Below are positions 18,585 to 29,391 of a stretch of DNA of 64,000 nt, piece after piece (the first letter of the stretch is position 1; each line of letters begins with the position of its first letter). The translations under genes and the position numbers were made by a program. The stretch comes from Candidatus Defluviibacillus avedoerensis (GTDB taxonomy: Bacteria > Pseudomonadota > Gammaproteobacteria > Burkholderiales > Burkholderiaceae_C), in contig JADJBS010000006.1 in NCBI GenBank assembly GCA_016703665.1, positions 247,033-311,032 on the forward strand, written 5' to 3'. Below the pieces are notes generated by a model. The model was not told the DNA's origin, searched no databases, and was given only the letters and a program-made list of their open reading frames with translations.

Positions 18585-19250
18585 ATGGCGAAAAAAGCGC
18601 CGCGCCGCACAGCAGAACGGATTCTTGAGGTCACGCTCGAGTTGTTCAACCGTTTTGGCGAGCCCAATGTTTCCACGACCTTGATCTCGGCGGAACTGCG
18701 CATCAGTCCTGGCAACCTGTACTACCACTATCCTGCCAAGGACGAACTGATCAACAGCCTGTTTGATCGCTACGAAAAGTCCTTAAGCGAACTCTTGAAT
18801 GCCAGTGATGGGGTCCGCAATGTAGAAGACGCCTGGTTCTTCATGCATACCCTGTTCGAGTTGATCTGGCAGTACCGTTTTCTTTACCGGGACTTGAACG
18901 ATTTGCTCAGCAAGAACCGGCGACTCGAAACCCATTTCCAGTGGATTTTGAAGAACAAGACGCGATCCGTGAAAAGCATGCTGGACAGCATGAGCCGCGC
19001 AGGCTCCATCAGCATTGATTCGAGAGAAGTTGAGGCAACTGCCACCAGCATGGTAGTGGTATTGACCTATTGGCTCAGCTTTGAATATGTACGCGATCCA
19101 CGTCGCGCCCTGGAGCCAGAAAGCGCTCAGCATGCCCTGTTGCGTGGCGCACAACATGTCTTGAACCTGCTGGTGCCATACCTCGAGGCCAACCAGCGCA
19201 CCCATTTGCTCACTCTCGTTGGGGCATACCAGACAAACGAATCGACATAA
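18585..19250 (+). CDS. TetR/AcrR-family transcriptional regulator
   Basis: N-terminal HTH 'ILEVTLELFNRFGEPNVSTTLISAELRISPGNLYYHYPAKDELI'. It starts 7 nt after the patatin stop. Confidence 0.85.
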   Translation: MAKKAPRRTAERILEVTLELFNRFGEPNVSTTLISAELRISPGNLYYHYPAKDELINSLFDRYEKSLSELLNASDGVRNVEDAWFFMHTLFELIWQYRFLYRDLNDLLSKNRRLETHFQWILKNKTRSVKSMLDSMSRAGSISIDSREVEATATSMVVVLTYWLSFEYVRDPRRALEPESAQHALLRGAQHVLNLLVPYLEANQRTHLLTLVGAYQTNEST

Positions 19251-19277
19251 CAATGACAACGCACCCCGGAGACCCCC

Positions 19278-20051
19278 ATGGCCAGATGGAACCCATTTCC
19301 CTTTGCTGGTGATTTTGCCTTTGATGCAAGCAGTGTGCGCAAACACTGGGAGCGACTTCATGCGAGCGACCTGGAGCCCCTGCCCAAAGACACGGCCTTG
19401 CTTGAAGGTTGGGCGCTTTTTCACAACGGTGAATTCCAAAAAGCCACTGAGACTGGCTTGATGCTCGGTGGTGCAGGCCTCACGCTCGCCAACAAGGCTA
19501 CCTGCATTTACGCGACCTATCTGGAGCTCAAGGAAAAAGAGAAGCTGGACCTCTACATCACTGCGGGAGCCCGGGCAAAGGCACAGGCAGATGCCACGCC
19601 CACCAATCCTAATGCCTGGCACTGGCAAGCCTATGCGCTTGGTCGCTATAGCCAGGGGATCAGCGTGGCCAAAGCACTAGCGCAGGGACTTGGTAGCAAA
19701 GTCAAGGACGCGCTCGAAAAGGTGATCGAATTAAATCCGAAACACTCAGATGCCCATGTGGCCCTGGGTGCATTTCATGCTGAAGTCATCGACAAAGTAG
19801 GGCCACTGATTGGTGGTATGACCTATGGTGCAAAGAAAGAGGCGGGATTGAGCCTTTTCAAGCAAGCCTTGGTACTGAATCCAAATTCACCCATTGCAAT
19901 GATTGAATACGCCAATGGCCTTGTCATGCTGGAGGGCGACAGCCGGATGAGCGAAGCCACTGCGCTATACCAGAAGGCCGCTGCCATGGATGCCTTTGAT
20001 GCGATGGAGCGCCTTGAAGTCGAACTGGCGCGGGAAGAACTGGCCGATTAA
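19278..20051 (+). CDS. All-helical (TPR-like) protein of unknown function
   Basis: 257 aa, helical-repeat character ('ALEKVIELNPKHSDAHVALGAFHAE', 'FKQALVLNPNSPIAMIEYANGL'). Co-oriented and tightly spaced with the patatin and tetR genes. Confidence 0.6.
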   Translation: MARWNPFPFAGDFAFDASSVRKHWERLHASDLEPLPKDTALLEGWALFHNGEFQKATETGLMLGGAGLTLANKATCIYATYLELKEKEKLDLYITAGARAKAQADATPTNPNAWHWQAYALGRYSQGISVAKALAQGLGSKVKDALEKVIELNPKHSDAHVALGAFHAEVIDKVGPLIGGMTYGAKKEAGLSLFKQALVLNPNSPIAMIEYANGLVMLEGDSRMSEATALYQKAAAMDAFDAMERLEVELAREELAD

Positions 20052-20075
20052 GGCCAGTTACAACGCAGAGATCGA

Positions 20076-21380
20076 CTACTTCACCGTATCAAACAAGGCC
20101 TTGGCCTGTGCGTAGCAGAATGGTGGTTCATACGTACCGTGATAGTTGCCATAGTATGTGGCGAAGGCTGCACTGGTGGGGTCGGTAGGCGCCTTTCCCC
20201 CGGTACCAAATGTTGCCTGAATCGCCGCATCTACATCCACAGAACTCACATTGGTCAACGATCGACTATCGAAATCAGCCTTCATGACTGCTTGATGAAT
20301 CGCTGGTGGGACAGTAGGGTCCCCCGCACCACCACAGAGCATGACCTTGGCTTTCGGACTCCAGCCAAGCAAGTCGTTTTTCTTTGCAGCCAGATAAGCC
20401 CCGTTGTTCACGTTGGTCTGCGTGTCGGTCAACCAGGCTGCCTGAAAAATCGCATCTCTCGCCTGGGTAGGCGTTTCACCCAAGGCACCGGGCAACTTGC
20501 CAGAAGTAACCAGCGTGGTGTAAGTCAACGTCGGATTGGGCAACAAGGTCTCGATGTAGTCCGAATAGGGCGACTTGAACACGGTTTTGACATCGGAGTA
20601 CACGTTGCCATACGCTTTTTGCCATGACGTCACAATGAATGGCACAAAGAACTGGACGCCTGCTATCGCCACAGGAAGCTTCAAAGAACCAGACAGGTTG
20701 TAAGGGCCTGCCAGGTGAGCGCCTGCCACGACCGAGATTTCGGTCGCGTTGTCGCGCTCGATTGCGCGGTGAGCCGCCATGGACGAATGCCCCCCTTGTG
20801 AATACCCTGACAACATCACCTTGCCTGAATAGTTGAACGCCAAGGTACTGCCCGCATTCCTGGCCGCACGAATAGAGTCAACCACCGCGCTGGCCTCCGA
20901 GTCGGCATGCAGATAGGGGTGGTACCCGTAAGTTGACTTCGCAAAACCCAGATAGTCGGTGGCCACCACAGCATAGCCTTGTGCCGCAAACATGGCAGCC
21001 AGAGAGAAGGTCTCGCCGTCAGTGGGGTTGGCGAGTGTTCTGGTTTTCAGTACCTCTGTGCCTCGCGCATATGCCAGCAAAGGTGCCGACTCAGTGCAGG
21101 TTCCAGATGGCAAAAGCAGTACGCCAGAGGCATTGGTGGACTCGGCACTCACCCCCACAGTGGCGTAATTCAGTGCCACAACTTTCACGTCACACTTGGC
21201 CTTGCCGCTCAACGCCTGAAGACCAGACACTGCGGTACCCGCATCAATTTGAGCGGTCGTCAATGTCGTCAAAACGGTTGGGGTCTCGATCAAGGAGCCA
21301 CGAGCGGGGTCAGAGCTACCCCCGCAGGCAACTAACAGCGCGGCGGCGCTTGCAACGCTTGCAAGTTTGAAATAACGCAT
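20076..21380 (-). CDS. Secreted alpha/beta-hydrolase lipoprotein (lipase-like)
   Basis: Lipoprotein signal 'AALLVACGG' and 'GYSQGGH' nucleophile elbow. Confidence 0.7.
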   Translation of the reverse strand: MRYFKLASVASAAALLVACGGSSDPARGSLIETPTVLTTLTTAQIDAGTAVSGLQALSGKAKCDVKVVALNYATVGVSAESTNASGVLLLPSGTCTESAPLLAYARGTEVLKTRTLANPTDGETFSLAAMFAAQGYAVVATDYLGFAKSTYGYHPYLHADSEASAVVDSIRAARNAGSTLAFNYSGKVMLSGYSQGGHSSMAAHRAIERDNATEISVVAGAHLAGPYNLSGSLKLPVAIAGVQFFVPFIVTSWQKAYGNVYSDVKTVFKSPYSDYIETLLPNPTLTYTTLVTSGKLPGALGETPTQARDAIFQAAWLTDTQTNVNNGAYLAAKKNDLLGWSPKAKVMLCGGAGDPTVPPAIHQAVMKADFDSRSLTNVSSVDVDAAIQATFGTGGKAPTDPTSAAFATYYGNYHGTYEPPFCYAQAKALFDTVK

Positions 21381-21484
21381 GGATCTCTTTCGGGGAATGG
21401 TGAAGCAGAGATCGTCATGCTACTAGGCTTTGCAATCTACTGGGGATAACGCGAACACATGTGTATTGAAAAGATGCTGGCAGG

Positions 21485-22198
21485 TCAGCCAATGTCAACA
21501 CTGTTTCGAAGTGCCAAAAGGTCAAGCACCCTGAGTCCCCCATATTCGACGCGTATAGCCCCCATGCGCTGCAAGGTATTCAGAGCCTCGTTGACCCGCT
21601 GACGCGACAAGCCTACCAAATAAGCCAACTCTTGCTGAGTAATTCGAAGAACTTTGCCCACGCCAGGATACAGGACCGGATTGAAGAGTGCAGCCAAGCT
21701 GCGCGCGACCTGAATGTCTGGGTTGTTCATCCGGTCAATTTCGCGCGCTGCGATGAACTGCGCCAGCCGCTCATTGAGTTGATTCATCACAAAGCGGTTG
21801 AAACCGATGGAGTGATCCAATAGCCAATGGAAGGTGTCAACCGGGATGCCCGCTACTACGCTCCTGCGCAAAGCCTGGATGTTGTAGCGGTACTGCTCGC
21901 GTTTTAGCGCCGTACCTTCACCAAACCAGCCACCAGGGGGCACACCCGTGAAGGTCATGGTGACACCCTGGCTGTTGTCGCTGCTCATTTTGAGCAAACC
22001 TTCCACCACGCCAAACCAGTAGGTCACAGGTCGTCCAATGCGGCAAACATAGTCTCCGGGCTTGGCATCCGCCACGTCAATGGTTGGGATCACAGCTGCT
22101 TGCTCGTCCGGCTGCAACCGACTCAGCCATGGGATATCAGCCAATTCCGTGGATGTGGGGGGCCGTCTGCGCTGGTACAGGCTTTGATCGATTCGCAT
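21485..22198 (-). CDS. Crp/Fnr-family transcriptional regulator
   Basis: A cNMP-binding-type barrel followed by the C-terminal HTH 'ITQQELAYLVGLSRQRVNEALNTLQRMGAI'. Confidence 0.85.
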   Translation of the reverse strand: MRIDQSLYQRRRPPTSTELADIPWLSRLQPDEQAAVIPTIDVADAKPGDYVCRIGRPVTYWFGVVEGLLKMSSDNSQGVTMTFTGVPPGGWFGEGTALKREQYRYNIQALRRSVVAGIPVDTFHWLLDHSIGFNRFVMNQLNERLAQFIAAREIDRMNNPDIQVARSLAALFNPVLYPGVGKVLRITQQELAYLVGLSRQRVNEALNTLQRMGAIRVEYGGLRVLDLLALRNSVDIG

Positions 22199-22234
22199 GA
22201 TTCAGGGTAAGTCCGCTCAGGGATGACCCTTAAA

Positions 22235-22252
22235 TTGTCGTTGGAATGACAA
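22235..22252. promoter_or_regulatory. Candidate Crp/Fnr-family operator in the divergent promoter region
   Basis: TTGTCGTTGGAATGACAA: the TTGTC/GACAA arms are perfect and the 8-bp half-sites match 7/8. It lies between the Crp/Fnr gene and the acyl-CoA synthetase gene. Confidence 0.3.
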
Positions 22253-22326
22253 CATAACGTCAAATCAATCTCTACTATCTGCTCCAACTGTGGGCTCAGT
22301 CCCAAGGTTCAAGTCAAGGATGTGGA

Positions 22327-24269
22327 ATGGAAACAACTTTTCCCAAGCTTTTATTTACGCATGCAGCTAAACGGCCCCAGGCCCCCGCCATGCGCGAAAA
22401 AGAGTACGGTATTTGGCAGACGCTGACCTGGTCCGATCTCGCGACCTTGGTGGAGCATATCGCCTGTGGCCTGCACGAAGCAGGTCTCACACGCAATGAA
22501 CATCTGGTCGTCGTTGGCGCGAACCGTCCGCGCCTTTACGCCACCATGTTGGCCGCACAGAGTCTGGGTGCGATTCCAGTTCCGTTGTACCAGGATGCGG
22601 CTGCCGTCGAATGTGTGTTCCCTCTGAACAATGCCGAAGTTCGGTTCTGCGTTGTTGAAGACCAGGAACAAGTGGACAAACTGTTGGAGGTTCGCGATCA
22701 GTGCCAGGGCCTGAATCACATTTACTTCGATGATCCGCGTGGTCTGCGCAAGTACGACGAACCAGGCCTCGCCTCGCTCGAAAGCCTCATTGAAGCGGGC
22801 AAAGCCTTTGCTTCCAAAAATCCGGGTTTTATGAAGGCCGAGATTGACAAGGCACAGCCAAACGATGTGGCCGCCATGTTCTATACCAGCGGTACGACAG
22901 GTACACCAAATGGCGTGGTGCACACCCACTTCAGCCTGTTGAACCGTGCCGAAGCAGGTTCTACCTTTGATGCATTGACTGACCATGAAGAAGTCCTCGC
23001 CTACCTGCCTACCGCATGGATCGGCCAGAACATCTTTAGCTACGCCCAGTGGCTGGAGCGCGGCTATGTCGTCAACTGCCCAGAGAGTAGCGCCACCGTC
23101 ACCATCGACCTGAAAGAAATCGGCCCCACCTACTACTTTGCACCACCGCGCGTGTTCGAAGGCCTTCTCACCAGTGTGATGATCCGCATGGAAGATGCTG
23201 GCACTGTCAAACGCAACATGTTCCATTACTTCATGGATATAGCCAAGCGAGTTGGCCCCACCTTGATGGACGGTAAATCTGTGGCGTTTGGCGACAAGTT
23301 GCTCTACACAGTGGGAAATGCATTGGTTTATGGCCCGTTGCGCAATACCTTGGGTTTGTCGCGAGTGCGTGTCGCTTACACCGCAGGTGAAGCGATTGGC
23401 CCCGATCTGTTCAGCTTCTACCGCTCCATTGGCGTCAACCTTAAACAGTTATATGGCAGTACCGAGACAGCCGTGTTTGTTTGCATGCAGCCAGACCACG
23501 AAGCCCGCTCCGACACCGTCGGTGTGCCTGTGCAGGGCGTAGAAATCAAGCTGGCGGACAACGGTGAAGTGCTGGTCAAATCCAAAGGCCTGTTGAAGGA
23601 ATATTTCAAAAACCCTTCCGCCACAGCTGAAGTACTGACGTCCGACGGCTGGTATCACACCAGCGATGCAGGCTTTCTGGACGCGCATGGCCACCTGAAG
23701 ATCATCGACCGCGTCAAGGACGTGGGGCGCCTCAAAGGTGGCGCGAACGATGGCTCGATGTTCGCTCCCAAGTACGTGGAAAACAAGCTCAAGTTCTTCC
23801 CGCATATCAAGGAAGCCGTTGCTTTGGGTGACGGGCGTGAGCGCGTCTGCGCCATGATCAACATTGACATGGAAGCCGTTGGCAATTGGGCTGAGCGGCG
23901 TAATCTGCCTTATGCAGGCTACACCGATCTGGCACAAAAACCAGAGGTCTATCAATTGATTAAGGAGTGCGTAGAAAAGGTCAATGCCGATTTGGCAGAA
24001 GATGCCTTGCTGGCCGGTAGCCAGATCCACCGGTTCCTGGTTCTGCACAAAGAACTGGACGCGGACGATGGTGAACTGACCCGAACCAACAAGGTCCGCC
24101 GTGGCTACATCAGTGAAAAATATGCCGTGCTTGTCGACGCGTTGTATGGCGGCAAGACAGAACAGTTCATCGAAACCGCCGTCAAGTTTGAAGACGGCCG
24201 CAGCGGCAGCGTCAGTGCCACATTGAAAATGGGCGACAGCAAAACCTTTGCCCCTGTAAAGGCAGCAGC

Positions 24270-24273
<4 letters not shown>
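22327..24273 (+). CDS. Long-chain-type acyl-CoA synthetase (AMP-forming)
   Basis: 'MFYTSGTTGTPNGVVHTH', 'YGSTET' and 'WYHTSDAGFLDAHGHLKIIDRVKD' adenylation motifs. Confidence 0.85.
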
Positions 24274-25091
<818 letters not shown>

Positions 25092-25102
25092 GGAATCAGA
25101 CC

Positions 25103-26032
25103 ATGGCATTTTTTCTAGAAACCCTGCTTGGCGGCCTGATGGCTGGCATGCTTTACTCATTGGTTGCGCTTGGCTTTGTGCTGATTTTCAAGGCCTCAGG
25201 TGTGTTTAACTTCGCCCAGGGCGCCATGGTGCTGTTCGCCGCACTGGCCATGGCACGCTTTGCCGAATGGATACCGGCCTGGACCGGCATCAGTAATCCC
25301 ATTGTGGCGACCATGCTGGCCTTCGTGGTGGCTGGCGTGGTTATGTTTGCGGTGTCATGGGTCATCGAGCGACTGGTGCTTCGCCACCTCGTCAATCAGG
25401 AAGGCGCCACCTTGCTGATGGCAACCTTGGGCATCACTTACTTTCTGGAAGGCCTTGGTCAGACGATCTTTGGCAGCGACATCTACAAAATTGACATCGG
25501 CATGCCCAAAGAGCCCATCATGGCGTTTGAATCCATGTTTGAAGGTGGCATTCTGATCAATAAGGAAGACTTGATTGCCGCTGTCATTGCTGCTGCCTTG
25601 GTTACCTTGCTGAGCATCTTCTTTCAGAAAACATCCACGGGTCGCGCCCTGCGTGCGGTGGCTGACGACCATCAGGCAGCCCAGTCAATTGGCATTCCCC
25701 TTAACCGAATCTGGTTCATTGTCTGGTGTGTTGCTGGCGTAGTGGCCTTGGTGGCAGGAATGATCTGGGGGTCCAAGCTGGGAGTGCAGTTTTCACTTAC
25801 CACCGTGGCTTTGCGGGCCCTGCCGGTGGTGATTCTGGGTGGTTTGACTTCGGTTCCGGGCGCCATCATCGGCGGTCTGATCATTGGCGTGGGTGAGAAG
25901 CTGTCTGAAGTCTTTTTAGGCCCCTACGTCGGTGGTGGCATTGAGATCTGGTTTGCCTACGTCTTGGCGCTTGGCTTCCTGCTCTTCAGACCGCAAGGCC
26001 TGTTTGGCGAAAAAATCATTGACCGCGTTTGA
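25103..26032 (+). CDS. Branched-chain-amino-acid-type ABC permease (LivH-like)
   Basis: 309-aa polytopic membrane protein ('FNFAQGAMVLFAA') in the LivH position. Confidence 0.9.
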   Translation: MAFFLETLLGGLMAGMLYSLVALGFVLIFKASGVFNFAQGAMVLFAALAMARFAEWIPAWTGISNPIVATMLAFVVAGVVMFAVSWVIERLVLRHLVNQEGATLLMATLGITYFLEGLGQTIFGSDIYKIDIGMPKEPIMAFESMFEGGILINKEDLIAAVIAAALVTLLSIFFQKTSTGRALRAVADDHQAAQSIGIPLNRIWFIVWCVAGVVALVAGMIWGSKLGVQFSLTTVALRALPVVILGGLTSVPGAIIGGLIIGVGEKLSEVFLGPYVGGGIEIWFAYVLALGFLLFRPQGLFGEKIIDRV

Positions 26033-26044
26033 GGACGATTCAAC

Positions 26045-27121
26045 ATGTTTTACAGAGAAAACGGTCAATTCAAGACCTCCTACGCGGCTGATCAGCAGAT
26101 ATTCCCGATCACGCAAGACAGAACGGCCATTGGCTTGCTGGTTCTCTTCGCGGTGGTGGCTGTGCCCATGTTGGCCAGTGACTACATGTTTCGCGCCATT
26201 TTGATTCCCTTCTTGATTTTTTCGCTGGCTGCTGTTGGCGTCAATATTCTGGTGGGGTACTGCGGCCAGATTTCCCTGGGATCGGGTGCCTTCATGGCCG
26301 TGGGTGCTTATGGTGCCTACAACTTTTTTGTCCGTATACCCGGCATGCCCTTGATACCAGCTCTCATTTTGGGCGGGCTGTGCGCAACGGTCTTCGGCAT
26401 CCTCTTTGGATTGCCCAGCCTGCGAGTGAAAGGTCTGTACCTGGCCGTGGCGACACTTGCAGCGCAATTCTTTTCGGACTGGATGTTCCTGCGCGTCAAG
26501 TGGTTCACCAACGATTCAGCGTCTGGCTCCGTGTCGGTCTCCAACTTGCAAGTTTTTGGTATGGAAGTTGACAGCCCCTTGTCCAAGTACCTGTTCTGCT
26601 TGGGATTGTTGGCCGTCATTGCCTTGCTGGCAAAAAATCTAGTGCGTGGCGCTATCGGACGCGAGTGGATGGCCATACGCGACATGGACGTCGCGGCAGC
26701 TGTGATCGGCATCCGCCCGATGTACGCCAAATTGAGCGCCTTTGCTGTGAGTTCTTTCATCATCGGTGTGGCAGGCGCTCTGTGGGGCTTCGTGTACCTG
26801 GGCGCTTGGGAGCCTGCCGCCTTTTCAGTAGACCAATCCTTCAAGCTGCTCTTCATGGTGATCATCGGCGGCATGGGTTCGATCATGGGCAGCTTCTTTG
26901 GTGCGGCCTTTATCGTGATTCTGCCGATTGTTTTGAATCAGCTATTGCCTGTCCTCGGTTCTGTGATGGGGCTCGAGATTTCTACTGCTGGCATCTCACA
27001 CACTGAACTCATGATCTTCGGCGCCTTGATTGTGTGGTTCCTGATCGTCGAACCCCATGGCATTGCAAAACTCTGGTCCATTGGCAAGCAAAAGATGCGC
27101 CTGTGGCCATTCCCTCATTGA
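26045..27121 (+). CDS. Branched-chain-amino-acid-type ABC permease (LivM-like)
   Basis: 358-aa polytopic membrane protein ('GYCGQISLGSGAFMAVGAY') in the LivM position. Confidence 0.9.
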   Translation: MFYRENGQFKTSYAADQQIFPITQDRTAIGLLVLFAVVAVPMLASDYMFRAILIPFLIFSLAAVGVNILVGYCGQISLGSGAFMAVGAYGAYNFFVRIPGMPLIPALILGGLCATVFGILFGLPSLRVKGLYLAVATLAAQFFSDWMFLRVKWFTNDSASGSVSVSNLQVFGMEVDSPLSKYLFCLGLLAVIALLAKNLVRGAIGREWMAIRDMDVAAAVIGIRPMYAKLSAFAVSSFIIGVAGALWGFVYLGAWEPAAFSVDQSFKLLFMVIIGGMGSIMGSFFGAAFIVILPIVLNQLLPVLGSVMGLEISTAGISHTELMIFGALIVWFLIVEPHGIAKLWSIGKQKMRLWPFPH

Positions 27122-27182
27122 TACTGCACCGATTTTTTCGCAACCTTCGGCACAGGGTGTGCCTTTCACTCCAGGAGACTTT

Positions 27183-28499
27183 ATGAAACTGCGCAATCTC
27201 GCTTTGGCCGCCTGTCTGGCTGGCGTGGGCTTCACCGCCTTTGCTCAAGCCAAAGAACAATTCTTTCCAGGCTTGCCCTATCGCACTGGCCCCTATGCGC
27301 CGAATGGTGTCCCATGGGCCAACGGTTATGCCGATTACCTCAAGCTCGTCAATGCGCGCGGCGGTATCAATGGCGTCAAGATCATTTACGAAGAGTGCGA
27401 AACTGGCTACGACACTGCACGCGGTGTTGAATGCTATGAGCGACTCAAGGGCAAGCACGGTGGTGCAACCGTTTTCCAGCCCCTGTCAACTGGCATTACC
27501 TTTGCCTTGACTGAAAAGGCCCCCGGCGACAAGATCCCATTGATCACTGCAGGCTACGGTCGTAGCGAAAGCCAGGACGGCACCGTGTTCAAGTGGAACT
27601 TCCCCTTGGCTGGCACCTACTGGTTGGCGGCAGATGCGCTCGTTCAGCAAATCGGCAAAAAAGAAGGTGGTCTGGACAAGCTCAAAGGCAAGAAGGTCGC
27701 CCTGGTTTATCACGATAGCCCATATGGCAAGGAGCCCATCGCCTTGATGCAAGAGCGTGCGGCACAGCTGGGCTTCAATTTGCAGCTGTTGCCAGTGACC
27801 GCGCCCGGCGTCGAACAAAAGGCCACTTGGCTGCAAGTGCGTCAAGCCAAGCCAGACTATGTGTTCCTGTGGGGCTGGGGTGTGATGAACTCCACTGCGC
27901 TGAAGGAAGCCCAAGCCACGGGTTACCCCCGTGACAAGATGTATGGCGTCTGGTGGTCGGGCGCAGAGCCTGACGTCAAAGACGTGGGCGAAGGTGCCAA
28001 AGGGTACAACGCTGTGACCATGCAGCACGGTGCGGAACCGCAGTCCAAGGTGGTCCAGGACATCCTGAAGGAAGTTCATGGCAAGGGCCAGGGCTCGGGA
28101 CCCAAGGATGAAGTTGGTCAAGTGCTTTACATGCGCGGTGCGATGAGTGCCATGCTGGCCGTTGAAGGCGTCAAGCGCGCACAGGAACGCTACGGTAAGG
28201 GCAAGTGGGTATCGGGCGAGCAAGCTCGCTGGGGCTATGAGAACCTGGCACTGGACCAGAAGAAGCTCGACGCCCTGGGCTTTGCCGGCGTGATGCGCCC
28301 CATCAGCACATCCTGCGTGGACCACATGGGCTCCAACTGGGCACGTGTTCACACATGGGACGGCAAGAAGTGGAACTTCAGCTCTGACTGGCTGCAGGCA
28401 GATGAAATGATCTTGAAGCCACTCGTCAAGGCAACTGCTGCCAAGTACGCCGCTGAGAAAAAGCTGACGCCACGAACGCCAGCTGATTGCCAGACTTGA
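27183..28499 (+). CDS. Periplasmic substrate-binding protein (type I, Leu/Ile/Val-BP-like), ligand unknown
   Basis: ATG 27183 after AGGAGA. Signal peptide 'MKLRNLALAACLAGVGFTAFAQA'. The listed ORF start at 27057 overlaps the livM-like 3' end. Confidence 0.85.
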   Translation: MKLRNLALAACLAGVGFTAFAQAKEQFFPGLPYRTGPYAPNGVPWANGYADYLKLVNARGGINGVKIIYEECETGYDTARGVECYERLKGKHGGATVFQPLSTGITFALTEKAPGDKIPLITAGYGRSESQDGTVFKWNFPLAGTYWLAADALVQQIGKKEGGLDKLKGKKVALVYHDSPYGKEPIALMQERAAQLGFNLQLLPVTAPGVEQKATWLQVRQAKPDYVFLWGWGVMNSTALKEAQATGYPRDKMYGVWWSGAEPDVKDVGEGAKGYNAVTMQHGAEPQSKVVQDILKEVHGKGQGSGPKDEVGQVLYMRGAMSAMLAVEGVKRAQERYGKGKWVSGEQARWGYENLALDQKKLDALGFAGVMRPISTSCVDHMGSNWARVHTWDGKKWNFSSDWLQADEMILKPLVKATAAKYAAEKKLTPRTPADCQT

Positions 28500-28581
28500 T
28501 GATGTAAGTATTGGCGGCTGATTCAGCCGCCAATCGAGAAGGCCAGACAATGGCCTTCTCGATTGGACAACGAGAGAACCC

Positions 28582-29391
28582 ATGGAAAAACCCAACATTG
28601 TTCTGAACGTCAATGGCATCGAGGTCATTTACAACCACGTGATCCTGGTGCTCAAGGGCGTCAGCCTTCAAGTACCTCAAGGTCAAATTGTTGCCATTCT
28701 TGGCGGTAATGGTGCGGGCAAGACCACGACCTTGCGAGCCATCTCCAACTTGCTGCAAGGCGAGCGTGGTGCTGTGACCAAGGGCTCTATCGAACTTCGT
28801 GGCGAGCGGATTGAGAACTTGACCCCCGCTGACTTGGTGCAACGCGGCGTGGTGCAGGTGATGGAAGGGCGGCATTGTTTTGCCCACCTCACCATTGAAG
28901 AAAACCTGATGACAGGCTCTTACACGCGCTCAGACAAGGCCGAGATTGCCCGCAATCTCGAGAAGGTCTACAACTACTTCCCGCGTCTGAAGACACGCCG
29001 CACCTCGCAAGCGGCGTACACCTCGGGTGGTGAACAGCAGATGTGCGCCATTGGCCGCGCATTGATGTCAAACCCCAGCATGGTGCTGCTGGACGAGCCT
29101 TCCATGGGCTTGGCGCCACAAATCGTGGAGGAGGTCTTCAACATTGTCAAAGACCTCAACAGCAAAGAGAAAGTCACCTTTTTGCTTGCCGAACAGAACA
29201 CCAACATGGCACTTAAATACGCTGACTATGGCTACATCATGGAAAGTGGCCGTGTCGTGATGGACGGTGTTGCATCGGATCTTGCCAACAACGAAGACGT
29301 CAAGGAGTTTTACCTTGGCATGGGCGGTGGCGAACGCAAGAGTTTCAAGGACGTGAAGAGCTACAAGCGCAGAAAGCGGTGGTTGGCATGA
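28582..29391 (+). CDS. ABC transporter ATP-binding protein (LivF-like) with a basic C-terminal extension
   Basis: 'GGNGAGKTT', 'YTSGGEQQMCAIGRAL', 'VLLDEPSMGL'. C-terminal tail 'KSFKDVKSYKRRKRWLA'. Confidence 0.9.
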   Translation: MEKPNIVLNVNGIEVIYNHVILVLKGVSLQVPQGQIVAILGGNGAGKTTTLRAISNLLQGERGAVTKGSIELRGERIENLTPADLVQRGVVQVMEGRHCFAHLTIEENLMTGSYTRSDKAEIARNLEKVYNYFPRLKTRRTSQAAYTSGGEQQMCAIGRALMSNPSMVLLDEPSMGLAPQIVEEVFNIVKDLNSKEKVTFLLAEQNTNMALKYADYGYIMESGRVVMDGVASDLANNEDVKEFYLGMGGGERKSFKDVKSYKRRKRWLA

